A DNA stretch of 64,000 nucleotides from Octopus vulgaris (Eukaryota): the NCBI GenBank assembly GCA_951406725.2, contig OX597820.1, positions 123,442,001 to 123,506,000 on the forward strand. The letters run 5' to 3'. The notes under the pieces are model-generated. The model had not been told where the DNA came from. It was given only the letters and a program-made list of their open reading frames with translations, and made no database searches. This document shows, piece after piece, positions 1 to 13,465 of the stretch; within the stretch, counting starts at the first letter, position 1, and each line of letters begins with the position of its first letter. The translations under genes and the position numbers were made by a program.

Positions 1-40
<40 letters not shown>

Positions 41-41
<1 letters not shown>

Positions 42-345
42 ATTACAGAGAACGGAAGGTAACCATTGTACTTTCATGATTAATTCCTATTGGGTGATAA
101 AGGATGGGGATGAGCTATTTGATGACGCAATGGGGAGTTATGATGGAGTAAAGAAAGTGAATCTAGTTGGCTTTTACATCCTACATGTCCTTAAAAGCGA
201 ACACACCCCGCCAATAATATAGGATTATATAGGGACGAGGGTCTAGTGGGAGTATATAATAAAAATGGATAGGGAGAATATACAAAATATTTATTCAACT
301 TAATCTAAAATCTACAATCAACACTAACCTTAGCGAACTAAATAT
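41..345 (+). mobile_element. Degenerate Penelope-like element RT fragment
   Basis: Manual translation from 91 gives WVIKDGDELFDDAMGSYDGVKKVNLVGFYILHVL, then after a frameshift NIGLYRDEGLVG. This is colinear with LFDITMGSPDSAEVTDLVGMYLL...GLYRDDAL of the PLE at 60451-61149. It abuts (TA)n. Confidence 0.8.
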
Positions 346-741
346 TATAACTTCAACAATGAACGTTTTAAATATTAAGGAGGAAGCCATCTTCCCTCGT
401 CTGCATACTTCGAAATTTCAAGCACGCCTACATCCACTTTACCACACCTCCAATCTGGGTAGGTTTTTTGATACCATTACATGTCGGTTATTCTTTATGT
501 GCACATTATGCATTAAAGACATGTGCTCCTTTGACGAACTTATACTGGTTTCCCTAACTACTCAGATATATGTGTTTAGCACATGCTCATGACATCACAT
601 GATTCACAGAATAAACTTATGTATCCGAACTTATGAACTTACAAATACATGGAACAAGTTTGGCATCAAAAGTCAAATACTATAAAAATACTATAGAATA
701 CTATAAAAAATGATATGCATATATTCAAACAAGAATACAAG

Positions 742-787
<46 letters not shown>

Positions 788-3700
788 CACACCTGCGTAT
801 ACGTGTATGCATATGTGTATGCGTATTCATATCCTCAGATGAAGTAAGTAAATGCAGTTTTGTGATGGCAAAGTTCTATAACAAGCATGCATACCATAAA
901 CATCTTTCTACAGTTCTTCGAACATGCTTGATAAAAAGTTAACTTGGCTCATGCAATTTCACAATTAAAACAATATGAGCGCATTCATAATGCCAATTTT
1001 CATAATAAATATTCAAAGGTTCAAGAAAACATGCCTCACCCACTATGCAATGATAGTCACTCTAAATGAAACAGCGTAACCATATCTGCAGACAAATACC
1101 ACAAATATGAGACATGTGTTATATTAAGACCACAGAAATGTGCGCTCTATTAACATTTACTTGTATGAAAGACATTTATCTTATCATTATGACATTTAAA
1201 ACTATTTAGATTGAAAATAGTAAAAGTTATTCAAATTTGATGGTTTTTATTTACTAAAGATACTTATATCAGGACTTTTGTTTTCACTTCTATTGTTGCA
1301 ATTACTTTAAATGATATTGAAAACTATGTTTTCAAAGTTATATCAAGCTCCATACATGGGTTAGACATAATGGCAATTCCGGGATTGTTGAAAAGTTGAC
1401 ATTTGACTTTGTGAAACATCTTGATGGGATGGAGCAAAATGGATTTCTGTTTTGAAATCAGCACCTCAAAATTACTAGGAAATCTGACTCCGACACCAGA
1501 CAAAAAAAAAAGCCATGTTCACTGGTATGATTATAGGTAAGGAAAGATCTAGTTATGTTGTATGATTTTTCATTATAAATCTAATTATTGTACAAAATAA
1601 TTAATAGTAAATATCTCACTCAAAATCAATTATGATTTCCATGGATGAGATTTTTTTGTCCAAAACTATAATTATTAATTTTTCAACACAACTGCAACAT
1701 TATGGTTAAATGTACTATTCTGTTGATTTGAAGAGAATATGGACTGCTCTCATAATTCATTAATTTGAAGATAACATTTACTTTTAAATAGTTTCAATAT
1801 GATTCTTTATGTAACGACCATCATACCACAGCACATGTGATAGAATTCGAACTGCCGATCTTTTCTCTGTTGATCGTCAACTATCGAACGTATTCAGTTA
1901 AATGCAATTCGTTTATTTTATACAGTAAAACAGTTTTTATCGTCAAAAATGTATATATTTACATTTGTTTTCTGATTCAAGGTATATCAACTTTGACGGA
2001 GGCTATTTTTGTTTCAAGTATTCAACCCAATCTGATGGAACGTATGATAGATTAAAATAATTAAATGATGATGTGTGCAAAACACAAAAATCAATGTGCA
2101 GCTAATATAGTAGCGGTCAGATAGTTTAACGGTTGAAACAATCAATTTTATCTTTCCCAGTAACCGGAAGAATGATCAAGAAGAAATAGATTAAAGCTAA
2201 AGCGAAGTCATTGTAACTGTTATCAGCGTTATATTTTGTCAGGTGTACCTAATCGATACTAAATCACAAATAGTCAATGGAATATGTCAAGTTATTGCGA
2301 CAACTTATTTCCAAGAATGTTGATTCATTTTATTTTCTTGTGATTGTTTCATCACTTTGAGAGGTTTGCTGACCTCAATTTCGATTAAGTTACATTTTAG
2401 TAGTTTAGTGCTCGGATTCTTCAAGTCTATAGATTAAGATTTGTTTGGTACAAATCTTTACAATATCTAGATGTAATAAAACGGGAAAGCATTAACGCTG
2501 GTAGCATACATTTAGCTACTATAGTTGATGTAAAAGTTCGACCTCTTAAGAGCAATTAAATGGTCGTACGTACCGTATACAGATTAAGGTGACTGAAGAG
2601 AAGGAATGGGGGGGGGAGGGGAGAAGGGTTGTGTTCTCTAAGACTATGTGATATAAAGTGATTACTTGTAAAAGTTTCTACATCAGAACTAGTCACACAC
2701 TTGAATGACAGGAGATCATTTACTCCACAGATGCATTGTTGAAATGAGGAACGTAAGCAACATCCGGCTTCCTAATATATATTCACTGACGAATATGAAC
2801 ATACATCTACATTGGCCTAGACGAATATATACTGACAAACGTAAATATGCACGCGCACACATTTTTCCACGCATATCCGCTGACAAACATAAACGTAGAT
2901 GTACGGCAGGCATACACATTGACTACTAAAGCAGGTTTCGATATTCAGGCTTATAACTACTTATCAACAAATGCAAACTGAATATGTTCATTCGACGTTA
3001 CCAGGTTTCTGTATTCTGATATATATTTACTTAACAAATGTAGAGGCAATGGTGTGTATAAATTGTGAATAACTCTACGTTCGCATTAAATACGCAAACA
3101 TTCAGCTTGACTATGTAAAGAGACGGCGTGTTGTGGTAAATAGACTATGAGATTTGATCACCTGTTTTGGTTGAATGTTCACAATTTATGTATTCAGATA
3201 TCAACATACATCTAGGCGAAGATACGTAGACACACAATAACGCGTACAAAACAAAGAATCGATTGAAATAGTTTGTATATAAAGAGAACTTTTACTTTCA
3301 CCTATAAAATAAATATCAATATTATTGATCCAGTGAAACTTCGGAAAGTTGACATTTTGAATATTACTTGTAGCAAGAAACCTCTTTGAAATTAATAAAA
3401 TTCATGGTCATTTGGTGAAAGACTAAATTGATTACATATGAGTGCGTGTGTATGTGTATGTGCATATATACGTATTTGTGCATGCATATTGTTGTATTAT
3501 ATTTTCGATTATTTGATGTCTTCCCGTAAGTGAGGAGCTCGTTTCTGACGACGGTACTAAGCTCCATCTTTGAAATGTAAATAACAAAAACTGCGGCAAA
3601 TTTTGAACTTGAAAAAATCTTGCATATTTTTACTTTTCTGTTTACAGACTGTATTTCAACTGATTTCTTTTGAAGAAAACCTTTATTTACCCATATTTTC

Positions 3701-3857
3701 ACATACGCATTTTACTAACAAAAACCTAATGCACCAATTTATTACACTGTGAATTCATAAAATGGGTAGTGAAGTTGAAAATGTTCGCAATTATTTTCAT
3801 GTTCTTTGATTTTTAAACAGAAATTCACATCAGCAAGGCAGGTAATTTCCGTGACAA

Positions 3858-3983
3858 ATGTATGTATGTATGTATGTATGTATGTATGTATGTATGTATG
3901 TATGTATGTATGTATGGATGGATGGATGGATGGATGGATGGATGGATGGATACATACATACATACATACATACATACATACAT
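3858..3983. repeat. Compound microsatellite (TATG)n(GATG)n(TACA)n
   Basis: Directly visible. Confidence 0.95.
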
Positions 3984-5109
3984 TCGAATCGACCGCAATA
4001 AAAATACTAAGGAAATATTTTCTTGTCTCAAGAAGGCAACCAAAGTTTGAAATGAGAACGTAAATAATTCATATAATAACACTTTTAAACAAACAGTGTG
4101 CTATTTCTAACCACGCAGTTTTCTGAAATCATTGGTTTGAAGAGGAGATATTTAATATCTTTGTAACGAAAGCGATTTGAGATCTACTCTACCAACCAAG
4201 ACTGGGCTTCGTCTTTAAGACCAGAAACGCTTTAACCAAAAGCAAATGTTAACTCACTACAAATCTCAGCTGAAACCTACAACGAAATTTTGCATCCACA
4301 TCTGAAGAAGTGCTAGCGCTGCGCATACACAACTTGTAGAACGAATCGAAGAAAATCCCTTTGATTGAACACCATGACGTTGCTAACCAATACAGTCTAC
4401 TGGATTCGTAGTTTTTATTGACCTACTCCCGACGCATTTGTCTCTCTTCTTCACATCACCCTCATTGTATTTGTCCTTTTAGTCTGCATCAGCTACTATT
4501 CCTAGAGCTTCTTTCCCAAAACATTGAGTGCTGCGGAGTTATTGATCACTCAATAATATATCAACAGTATTCAAGGAGAACATTTGACAATGTCAACTTC
4601 ACAGGACTCGGAGTCCTTGCATGCCGTGGATACAAGATATTCCCCTGTGCCAAATCAATGAAACATTATTAATCAACAATTTATAAATCCTTAACAATGA
4701 CGCGTTGCTTCCTTGGCAATCACTGCCAATGCCACCAATTTGTAGACACGTACATATTACCTTATAAAATAACGAAGCATTGTATATTATTGTTACAGTA
4801 GCTAGTTGTATTGAGTTCTTGACCACGTATTAACGAACACATTTCAAAATAGATTTCCGGTCGATTCCAAACCTAAGGCAACATAAACGAGGTTATGACT
4901 ATATATATTCGCCATTAATTTAAAATTAATTTTGCTGATACGAGTTTAAATCAGGCTGCGAGTATAAATTGCGAAACTAATACATGGTTTTAAATGTCAA
5001 AGTGTCTAATATTTCCAGTTATTAAGGTTATAAAGATCCGTGATTTAAAACCCATTTTAGTGCATCTCCCCCATCTCTCTCTCCCACTCTATCTATCTAT
5101 ATGCATACT

Positions 5110-5146
<37 letters not shown>

Positions 5147-5147
5147 G

Positions 5148-5210
<63 letters not shown>

Positions 5211-5973
5211 ATACGTATACATATACATATATGCATATATGTAATGTATACTCACACATATATACATATACACGAGTATGTATATATAAATATATATATG
5301 TACATGTATATAAGTGCATACATATATATATATCAACTGTGCATATGTATACACACCCACATATATGTATATGTATGTATGTAAATATGTAGAAGTATGT
5401 ATACATATTCAAGTAAAAACATATATATCAGTTCATACGTACCTTTAGCTTGTATAATCGAAAATCTACACTCTAAGCATCATGGTTTATAAGTCTATAA
5501 ATTAAAACCTTATTGACACATCATTTACTATAAAACAGTAAATTTTTAACCAACGTTGTATCACACAAACAAGTTTAGAATCAGGTCTATCACATAATCG
5601 ACGGTACCGTCAAATTACTTGTTCAAAAGAGGACATAAAAAGCAAAACGTAATATCTGTAGGCTATATAGCAGCTCGTCAGAAAGGAATTTTAAAGGACT
5701 GATCTGTGAACCGGCTGCCATTACTGGAACATTGGGTGAAATGAGATCTTTGTCGATTGTATTTCTGTAGCGATAACATACAAGAAGAATGTTTGAGCTC
5801 TGCAAATTTGACTTAGACTGAAAAACTCAAGAATTTATGTTAGACGCAGAAATTTTCTTTGTTCAGTCACTACCGATATATGTATGTATTTATGCATGTA
5901 TGTATGTATGCATGTATATGTGTGTGTATGTATATGTGTGTACACACATATATTCATACTTTTGTTTAGATAT

Positions 5974-6057
<84 letters not shown>

Positions 6058-6416
6058 CTGTGTGTACGACGTTCCGTCGTATCATCATGAATTATTGATC
6101 AAACGCAGTGAATAGTAACACAGAAGTCTACACTCTCGAGTCACTTTTGCTAATTTACTAACAAATTAATATAAGATTTACTTTATGAATTGGTTTTATT
6201 TTCGTATCTTAATTGCTGTCTTAGGCATGACACTGTAATGGCTGGCCGCTTCAATTAATAGTACTTCATCAATATTCTGGATATTGCTGGTGTTACTTTG
6301 TAACTTCGTATTAGGCCTCTTCTCGCTTACCTATGATTAAAAGCACCCCAAATGTAACTGTTGGTATTGTTTTGTAGAGTGTGTATCTAGTATTACATTA
6401 TCCTATGTATATTTAT

Positions 6417-6614
6417 GTCTTTATTGCTCACAAGGGGCTAAACATAGAGGGGACAAACAAGGACAGACAAAGGGATTAAGTCGATTACATCGACCCCAGT
6501 GCGAAATTGGTACTTTATTTATCGACCCCAGAAAGGATGAAAGGCAAAGTCGACCTCGGCGGAATTTGAACTCAGAACATAACGACAGACGAAATACCGC
6601 TAAGCATTTCGGCC
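6417..6614 (-). mobile_element. SINE family A copy (5'-truncated)
   Basis: Reverse complement of the repeat at 9082-9308, 22911-23144 and 26477-26710 (gttctgagttcaaattccgccgaggtcgac...). Confidence 0.85.
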
Positions 6615-6618
6615 AGAC

Positions 6619-6820
6619 TTGGTACAATCGTTAGCACACCGAGCATAATGCTTAGCGGCATTCCGCCCATCTTTGAGTTCTAAGTTCAAATTCCGCGAAA
6701 GTTGACTTTGCGTTTCATCCTTTCCTGAACGTTAAAATAAGTGCCAGTTGAACACTGGGGTCGATTTAATCGACTTACCATCTCCGCCGAAGTTGCTATC
6801 CTTGTGCCAAAATTTGAAAT
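6619..6820 (+). mobile_element. SINE family A-related, diverged copy
   Basis: cgttagcacaccg...gttcaaattcc...ttgactttgcgtttcatcctttc...cactggggtcga. Confidence 0.75.
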
Positions 6821-7029
6821 AAATATATATTATCTTTCGTAGTTTTGTAAGACAATATGTAGTAATATGAAAAGTATTTCGTGGGTATTTCTAGTTGGTC
6901 AAGTAGAGATTGAAATAATAGGTGCAATTATTAGTTGGCATATTTGTCAAGACCGGATAAGAAAATAAAATAAACTCCTGTGGGATTTGAACTCAGAATA
7001 TAAGGAGACATATCTTTTATCGCTTATAT

Positions 7030-7318
7030 TTTACTTGTTTCACCTTTTGGACTGCAGCCATGCTGGGGCATCGCCTTGAAGGGTTGGTCACACAAATCGA
7101 TTTCAATGCTTATTTTCAAAGTCTGATACTTATTCTTTGGTTACTTTTGCCGAACCACTAAGTTATGGAGACGTAAGCAAACCTAGATCGGTTGTCAAAC
7201 GGTCGTGAGGTACAAACACACGCACATAGACACACACACACAATTATGTATCCGACGAGCTTCTTTCAGTTTCCGCCTTCCAGATTCACTCACAGACCTT
7301 TAGTCGGTCACGACTGCA
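7030..7318 (-). mobile_element. SINE family B copy (truncated)
   Basis: Similar to 35690-36128 and 44445-44829. Confidence 0.75.
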
Positions 7319-9081
7319 ACTACGTAATACGTCAATAAATTTTGCAGTGCAATCTACTATTTCCCACAATCCACTGTGATGATGACGGTGATGGCTATGT
7401 ACAGCAGGATTGCGCAAAAGAAGAGACATGATCTAATAATCGATTCGTATTTAGGCATGGGGACAGCAATTTGAAGTGGATGGATTAGTTGATGCCATCG
7501 ACATTAATTCTTGACTGGTATTTTATCTTATTGATCCTGGCGGGATGAAAAGTAAATTTAACCTCTTTAGAAATTTCAATTTAAAGACATGCTGTAAATA
7601 TTTTGTCAAATGTAATGATTCTGTGAGATCGCTGCCTTAAAAGACGTAATCTAACAACGAGAATGCCAATAGAAAGCATGAAAAAAAATCTCAAATTACA
7701 AAATCTTCTTGTTTGATTATTGAATTATATCAAACCTTTCGAACATTATAATTGCGTAACATTTAACAGTAAAGCTGAGAGCATTTTTACCGGTTTATTT
7801 CGACGAGGAACGCATAACGAATATTTTAGAGAAGCGGAAATAGTTGAGACTTTTATGCATTCCTCAAAGGCATTAACAGTGAAAGGTGAAAAGGAAATGA
7901 CCTGAACTAAAGACTGAAACCGGAACCTGTCCTAGGCGGGTGGTCTCTCTTGAAAATATTATTGTAAAGAAGCAAATATTTTTGATAAAACATCAATAGA
8001 AAAATATCTTAAGAAATATCTTACCGTTCTAAAGAAATATATTTCAAATTATGCTGATGGAACGTTTTACCGACACTACTGTACTTCGAACAATATAAGC
8101 GAGAAAAGAAACCTCATATAACTCCATTCGTTCTTACTGACAGATTAGCGTTTAAACAGATTCAATAATAGATGCTAAGGCTACGTCTCTATAAAAACAT
8201 ATCTAAATACATATATTTTCTGTAATTTCCTTAGAGTTCTGTACGACAGGCCTTACAAATAAGTGGTAGGTAGGCCACAACAGTTCAAAATGTCACTGTC
8301 GACTCCATTACTGGAAATTTACTTCAAAGTTGGCAATATTTCCGAAAACTTGTGAAATAAGTTTCCATCCAGTTAAATGAGTCTGTAAAGATTCTTGATT
8401 TAGGTTTCAGATTGTTGCTGCTGTCATTTCTGTTGTTGTCTTACCTCAAGTCTGACATACCTGTTTTCACGTCCTTTGCTCAAGTATTGACTTTCTCGAA
8501 ATACTTTATCTAATGACTTATATTTGGTTCTTTCTGTATGTAATTTGACTAACAGGGTTAATACGTCCGAAAAAGCGTATTCCTATCCTAATTATACTTA
8601 CATGTATAAATATATGGCAGCAAGCATGACTGCGTGTTTAAGAGGTTAGTTTCGCAACTGTTCACTTTCGAGTTCGATCTCACTGCATGCAATTTTGAGC
8701 AAGTTTCTCTATCGTAGATACAAATAAACCAAAACCTTGTAATATAAGGGAAATTTTACATGAATCCTATGTGTAAGGTTATTGTAGAGATAAATCCTGT
8801 TTTTATTGTGGGGTAGATATAATCTATCGCTTAGTTTAACACCATTACATGACCTATGACGATAGTTAGTGGAATCTATAACCTTTTAAGAAGTGAAGCC
8901 AAGTGGCTGGTTCGAGAATAAGTTTCTCTCACAAGTTTCTCTATTTTTATCCAATTGGTCTTGTCTTTAATGAAATAATTCATTCAACGTCTTTTCATTA
9001 GACATTTTTACTGTAGCTTCCAGTCATCATTATAATTATTTTCCATTATATAGCCTTATAAATTAATATTACTTTGCTCTG

Positions 9082-9308
9082 GCGAGCTGGCAGAAACGTT
9101 AGCACGCCGGGTGAAATGCCTGGTGGTGTTTCGTCTGCCGTTACGTTCTGAGTTCAAATTCCGCCGAGGTCGACTTTGCCTTTCATCTTTTAGGGGTCGA
9201 TTAAATAAGTACTAGTAAATCACTGGGGTCGATATAATCGACTTAATCCCCTTGTCTGCCCTTGTTTGTCCCCTCTATATTTAGCCCCCTGTGGGCAATA
9301 AAGAAATA
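9082..9308 (+). mobile_element. tRNA-derived SINE family A with 17-bp TSD
   Basis: A/B-box-like head (gagctggcagaaacgttagc...gagttcaaattcc); TSD aatattactttgctctg at 9065-9081 and 9309-9325. Confidence 0.9.
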
Positions 9309-9571
9309 AATATTACTTTGCTCTGATCAAAAGAAATAAAGATATAATGTAACGAGCATGTGATCAGATCAACGTTTTCATATTCAATCAAATGGATAAT
9401 ATCTCATTGTTGTAAGAAAATGACCAAAGGAAAATATAATACGGAAATGTCACGCTTAGAATGTAAATAGCAGGTTGGCAGAAACATTGGTTTGCAATAA
9501 ATGCATTAAAGTATTAGAAACCATGCCAAGGTGGACATTGCTGTTTAGTTTTGTCTTTCGTAGTCCATAAC

Positions 9572-9775
9572 AAGGCGGTGTGTGGGGAGACGTTTTACCA
9601 GATCGGACAAAACGATTAGTGGCGTTTCTTTCGGCTCTTTATGTTCTTAGTTCAAATCCCACCAAGATCAACGCTGCCTTTCATCCCTTCTGGGTCGATA
9701 AAATAAGGAACCAGTCAAGTACTGGGATTGATATAATTGACTTCTTTCTTTCCCTCAAAACTGATGGCTTGGTAT
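9572..9775 (+). mobile_element. SINE family A-related, diverged copy
   Basis: aaggcggtg...agttcaaatccc...gcctttcatcccttctgggtcgataaaataag. Confidence 0.7.
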
Positions 9776-9889
9776 CTCGCGACGGACAGGAGTCTCGTTC
9801 GCTCCGTTGGCGTCTCATTATGGGGTATGATGTGACCTCAGTGATTTATACGCCATGGAAACCGGGTAACCGGCCATACGGATTCTAAT

Positions 9890-10170
9890 ATTACGTGATA
9901 ATGTGATCAGATGTTGTTATACTTCGTTGGATAAAATGCGCTTTGCATCGTTTTAGCTTTGGAATGATGCTACCCACTGGCTAGGCGAGCAGGCCAACAT
10001 TCCCTCTGATAGGAAGACTAGTTCGTTGCAGGGTTAACAGTTTGCAACCGAGTGGAGTTGAGCATGAAGTGTTTTGTTCAAGAACACAACGCTCAACCGG
10101 TCTGGGAATCGAAGCAATGATCTCACGATTGTGAGCACAACATGTTTAACCACTAGGCTACGTGCCTCAT
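9890..10170 (-). mobile_element. tRNA-derived SINE family D copy
   Basis: Minus-strand head aggcacgtagcctagtggtta...ttcgattcccagaccgg; related to 12822-13129 and 31840-32181. Confidence 0.75.
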
Positions 10171-10241
10171 ATCATGTAATCACGTGATATGAGGCACGTA
10201 GCCTAGTGGTTAAACATGTTGTGCTCACAATCATGAGATCA
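10118..10241. repeat. Near-perfect inverted repeat, about 57-bp arms, 10-bp spacer
   Basis: tgatctcacgattgtgagcacaacatgtttaaccactaggctacgtgcctcatatca and its reverse complement (1 mismatch). Confidence 0.95.
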
Positions 10242-10523
10242 CGTGACCGACCAGGCTATCAGATGTTACACATCGCTGGTCAAAATCCGTTCGCATTGTT
10301 TTAGCCTTCGAATGACGCCACTCCGCAAGCTAAGCGAGCAGACCAACAGAAGAAAGAGTGGTGAAAGAGTACAGCAGGGATCGCCACCACCCACTCCCGG
10401 AGCCTCGTGGAGCTTTTAAGTGTTTTCGCTCAATAAACACTCACAACACCCGGTCTGGGAATCGAAACAGCGATCCTACGACCGCGAGTCAGCTGCCCTA
10501 ACCACTGGGCCATTGCACCTCCA
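10242..10523 (-). mobile_element. tRNA-derived SINE family C copy
   Basis: Head ggaggtgcaatggcccagtggttagggcagc...tttcgattcccagaccggg; highly similar to 29278-29569. Confidence 0.88.
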
Positions 10524-10916
10524 CACATGCCTCATATGAATCCTAATATAAGAAAAAAAAAACAGAAAAAAGAAAAAAGAGAGAATGACCTGTGAAAACA
10601 CGTGTATCTCATAAATTCGTTACCCCCGTACAAATATAAGCTTTAGAGCTTAAACAAAAATGTGTATATAATATAACTGCCTGTGTATAGGTTTAGTAGT
10701 AAAAGTAACAGCGTAAATTTCAGTCAATGGAATTCACAATGCTCCAACTTAATTTTAGCCAAACAATTTTAGCGGTCGCAAGAGCTTACTAAATTAGTTT
10801 TGTCAAGATCAACTTTATAATATCACGAGTCCTTTCGCTTTGCTTTATAACTTACGATTTCTTGAATAGACAAGACTCAAAAAATGAAACAGATCTTAAT
10901 TGTTATAAAATTTACA

Positions 10917-10976
10917 ACTTGTCTGAAGAGGCTGCCTTTCTCCGTTAAAGTAGAAGCGGCAAGAAAAATAACAAGT
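10917..10976 (+). ncRNA. Degenerate type I hammerhead-like motif
   Basis: acttgt-CTGAAGA-g-gctgc...gcggc-aa-GAAA-aa-TA-acaagt. Stem I is a perfect 6 bp; stem III is poor. Confidence 0.4.
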
Positions 10977-12489
10977 GTCATGGATTTTATAGGAATCTGT
11001 TACAAAAATATGAAACGTGTCAACTAGATTTTAAGAGACTTGTGAGAGCTGTCAGAAAACATATCTCGAGTAATTTACTAAAACATTTTTTTTTTAATGT
11101 AGTGGCCAGTACAATAGTCAATAGAATCAACCCAATACATGATAGTTGCTAATTTTGTTTTGAACTCCTGAGGGAAGAAGTACACAACTGTGAGTGACAA
11201 TGTGTAAGCAGAGATAGATATCTAATTAATGGGAAATAATAAAAGAGAAAATCAATACTGAAACACGTTAATTTGGACGTTTTATTTTTTCTGCTACTTT
11301 CTCTCCACGCCTTATTTGTAACAGTTTGAAAATGAATTGTTGCAATAAAGTGGATATTTGCCTACAATAATGAAACCATGAACGGATTTTGATCACAAAT
11401 AAAACCATTTATTTGGAAAGTTATGAACGTTACAAACTTATAATTCCTTTTCAAGTATGAAACTACCACTTTAGTTAGTTAAAATAAAATGATATCTCAG
11501 AAACGCTGGAGGAAATGTAGATTAGAAGTCGAATCAGCAATTGAATTTCAATTCCTGGTAGAAGCATTAACGTCATATAATCTGAAATGAAAAATGAAAA
11601 GAGCACCTAAAAAACCTCATTATAGGAAATAAAATTAAGCTATGGTCTCTATGTAACTGATAGTTTAAGATAATGATTTTTATTAGAAAAATTAAACTCT
11701 TGTTTGAAATTGTTTATCACAAAAAATCAAATGTTCGTTTCTTAATTATTTTTCCATTGTTCCAAAAAATGTCGTTAACATTTCCTTTTATTTCTATTTT
11801 AATTAATACAACTGTCCTTCTTGTGTTGAAGCAAGTGCAAAAGAGAGCAATATAGAGCTATACAGACAGAGGAGTGAATAAATTGATAGAGACGTGATGG
11901 AAAATAGAGCGAGAGTTAAACTAAACATGGAAAGTGATTAACAAAAAATTAATTGTTACTTGAAAGATTCAGATTAGGGAGATTGTTCTGTTGTAGATTA
12001 AACTGATTAAAGTTAAATAATTGATTGGAATTATGAATTAGTCGTTGCAATGTAGATTGAACTTGTTTTAATGAAACTCGAAAATACTTTTTATTAGGAA
12101 ACAGTTATTCATACTTTATTCGTTATCCGAATGTTGTACAGCAGTGGAATGTATTTTGTAATTAGTCGTGATCATCGGGTTCCTAATTAGATGTTCATCC
12201 CTATGAGCTCTCGTGGAAACCAGCTGAATGTGATTACCATTGCACTCTAACTTTAGCAACTTTCAGTTAGAAATTGTCTATGTAGTTCTCTGCTTTGATT
12301 TGTTCCTATCCCAACACATAATGTTTTATCGGGGACTGGTTTACTTATCAATTTTAGGGTACTGCTGTACTTTACAATGACAAGTTATTTCTACTTTGGC
12401 CGCAAGTACGGAACCTTGTTACAAACTGCAGACCACTACATGAAGTCTTCGTAGCCTGTCAGCCCAAATACGCACAAAAAAATCAACTA

Positions 12490-12491
<2 letters not shown>

Positions 12492-12577
<86 letters not shown>
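12492..12577. repeat. (CA)n microsatellite
   Basis: Directly visible. Confidence 0.97.
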
Positions 12578-12580
<3 letters not shown>

Positions 12581-12821
12581 TATATATAACCAACAGAAAT
12601 TATGTTGTGTGAGCCAATACCCATTCTAGATTGACATTGATCTTGTCTCATTTGTCTTATTGTGGAATTCGTGTAACTTTATGAGGAACTTGGCAATTTG
12701 TAGTCATGGGAATATCAATGTCACATTTCATGATGCACTGTCCTGAAGGTCTGTGTACAACTTCTGATCTTTAGTTGAAGCTACTTTACTTTACTTAGAT
12801 TCTTAACCCTCTACCTGCTAT

Positions 12822-13129
12822 ACTCCGTTGGTTACGACGACGCAGGTTACAGTTGATCCGATCAACGGAAAAGCCTGCTCGTGAAATTAACGTGCAAGTG
12901 GCTGAGTACTCCACAGACACGCAAACCTTTAATGCAGTTGTCAGGGAGATTCAGAATGTGACAAAGCAGGACATTTGTAATACAAGTACTACTCATTTTT
13001 ACCAGCTGAGTTAACTGGAACACCGTGAAATAAAGTGTCTTGCTCAAGAACATAACACAACGCCGGGAATCGAAATGACGACCTCACGATCGTGAGCTAA
13101 ATACGCTAACCATTAAGCTACGTGCCTTC
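12822..13129 (-). mobile_element. tRNA-derived SINE family D copy
   Basis: Head tgaaggcacgtagcttaatggttagcg...ttcgattcccggcg; ttgctcaagaacataacac segment shared with other copies. Confidence 0.78.
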
Positions 13130-13219
13130 ATTCTAGAAAAAGATAATACCGCACAGTAACATTTTCTTTTCCAGTAAGTATGTTGTCTTTAATCATTTTT
13201 CACGATCGCTACTAAAATG

Positions 13220-13465
13220 GCCTCTGCTCCTCGGAGTTAGCTTGTCTCATACCACATTTACTGTATTCAACCCACTCATTTTACAATAATCACTATGCCC
13301 AGTCTTTTATTCACAGAATATTGGTCCTCTTGAATCCTCCATGCCCACCTATTCATGTCTCCCCTATGTTGACTTAGTTTAATCAGAACTTTAACGGCAT
13401 CAACCTCACTCATCTTAGAGGACCCGCAGGAGTTATATTTGCTGCCTCTTCCTTCAAACTCGGCA
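13220..13465 (+). mobile_element. Old interspersed repeat, probably a LINE 3' end
   Basis: Diverged match to the reverse complement of 41040-41310 (ctcggagttagc, tcaacctcact, cttcaaactc anchors). Confidence 0.5.

Noticed and set aside
3541-3583. gtttCTGACGA...GAAATGTAaat HHR-like
   Set aside because: Stem II does not pair adequately
4418-4672. ORF with ECCGV, tetraspanin-like CCG motif, near a possible splice acceptor
   Set aside because: No other tetraspanin features or partner exons visible
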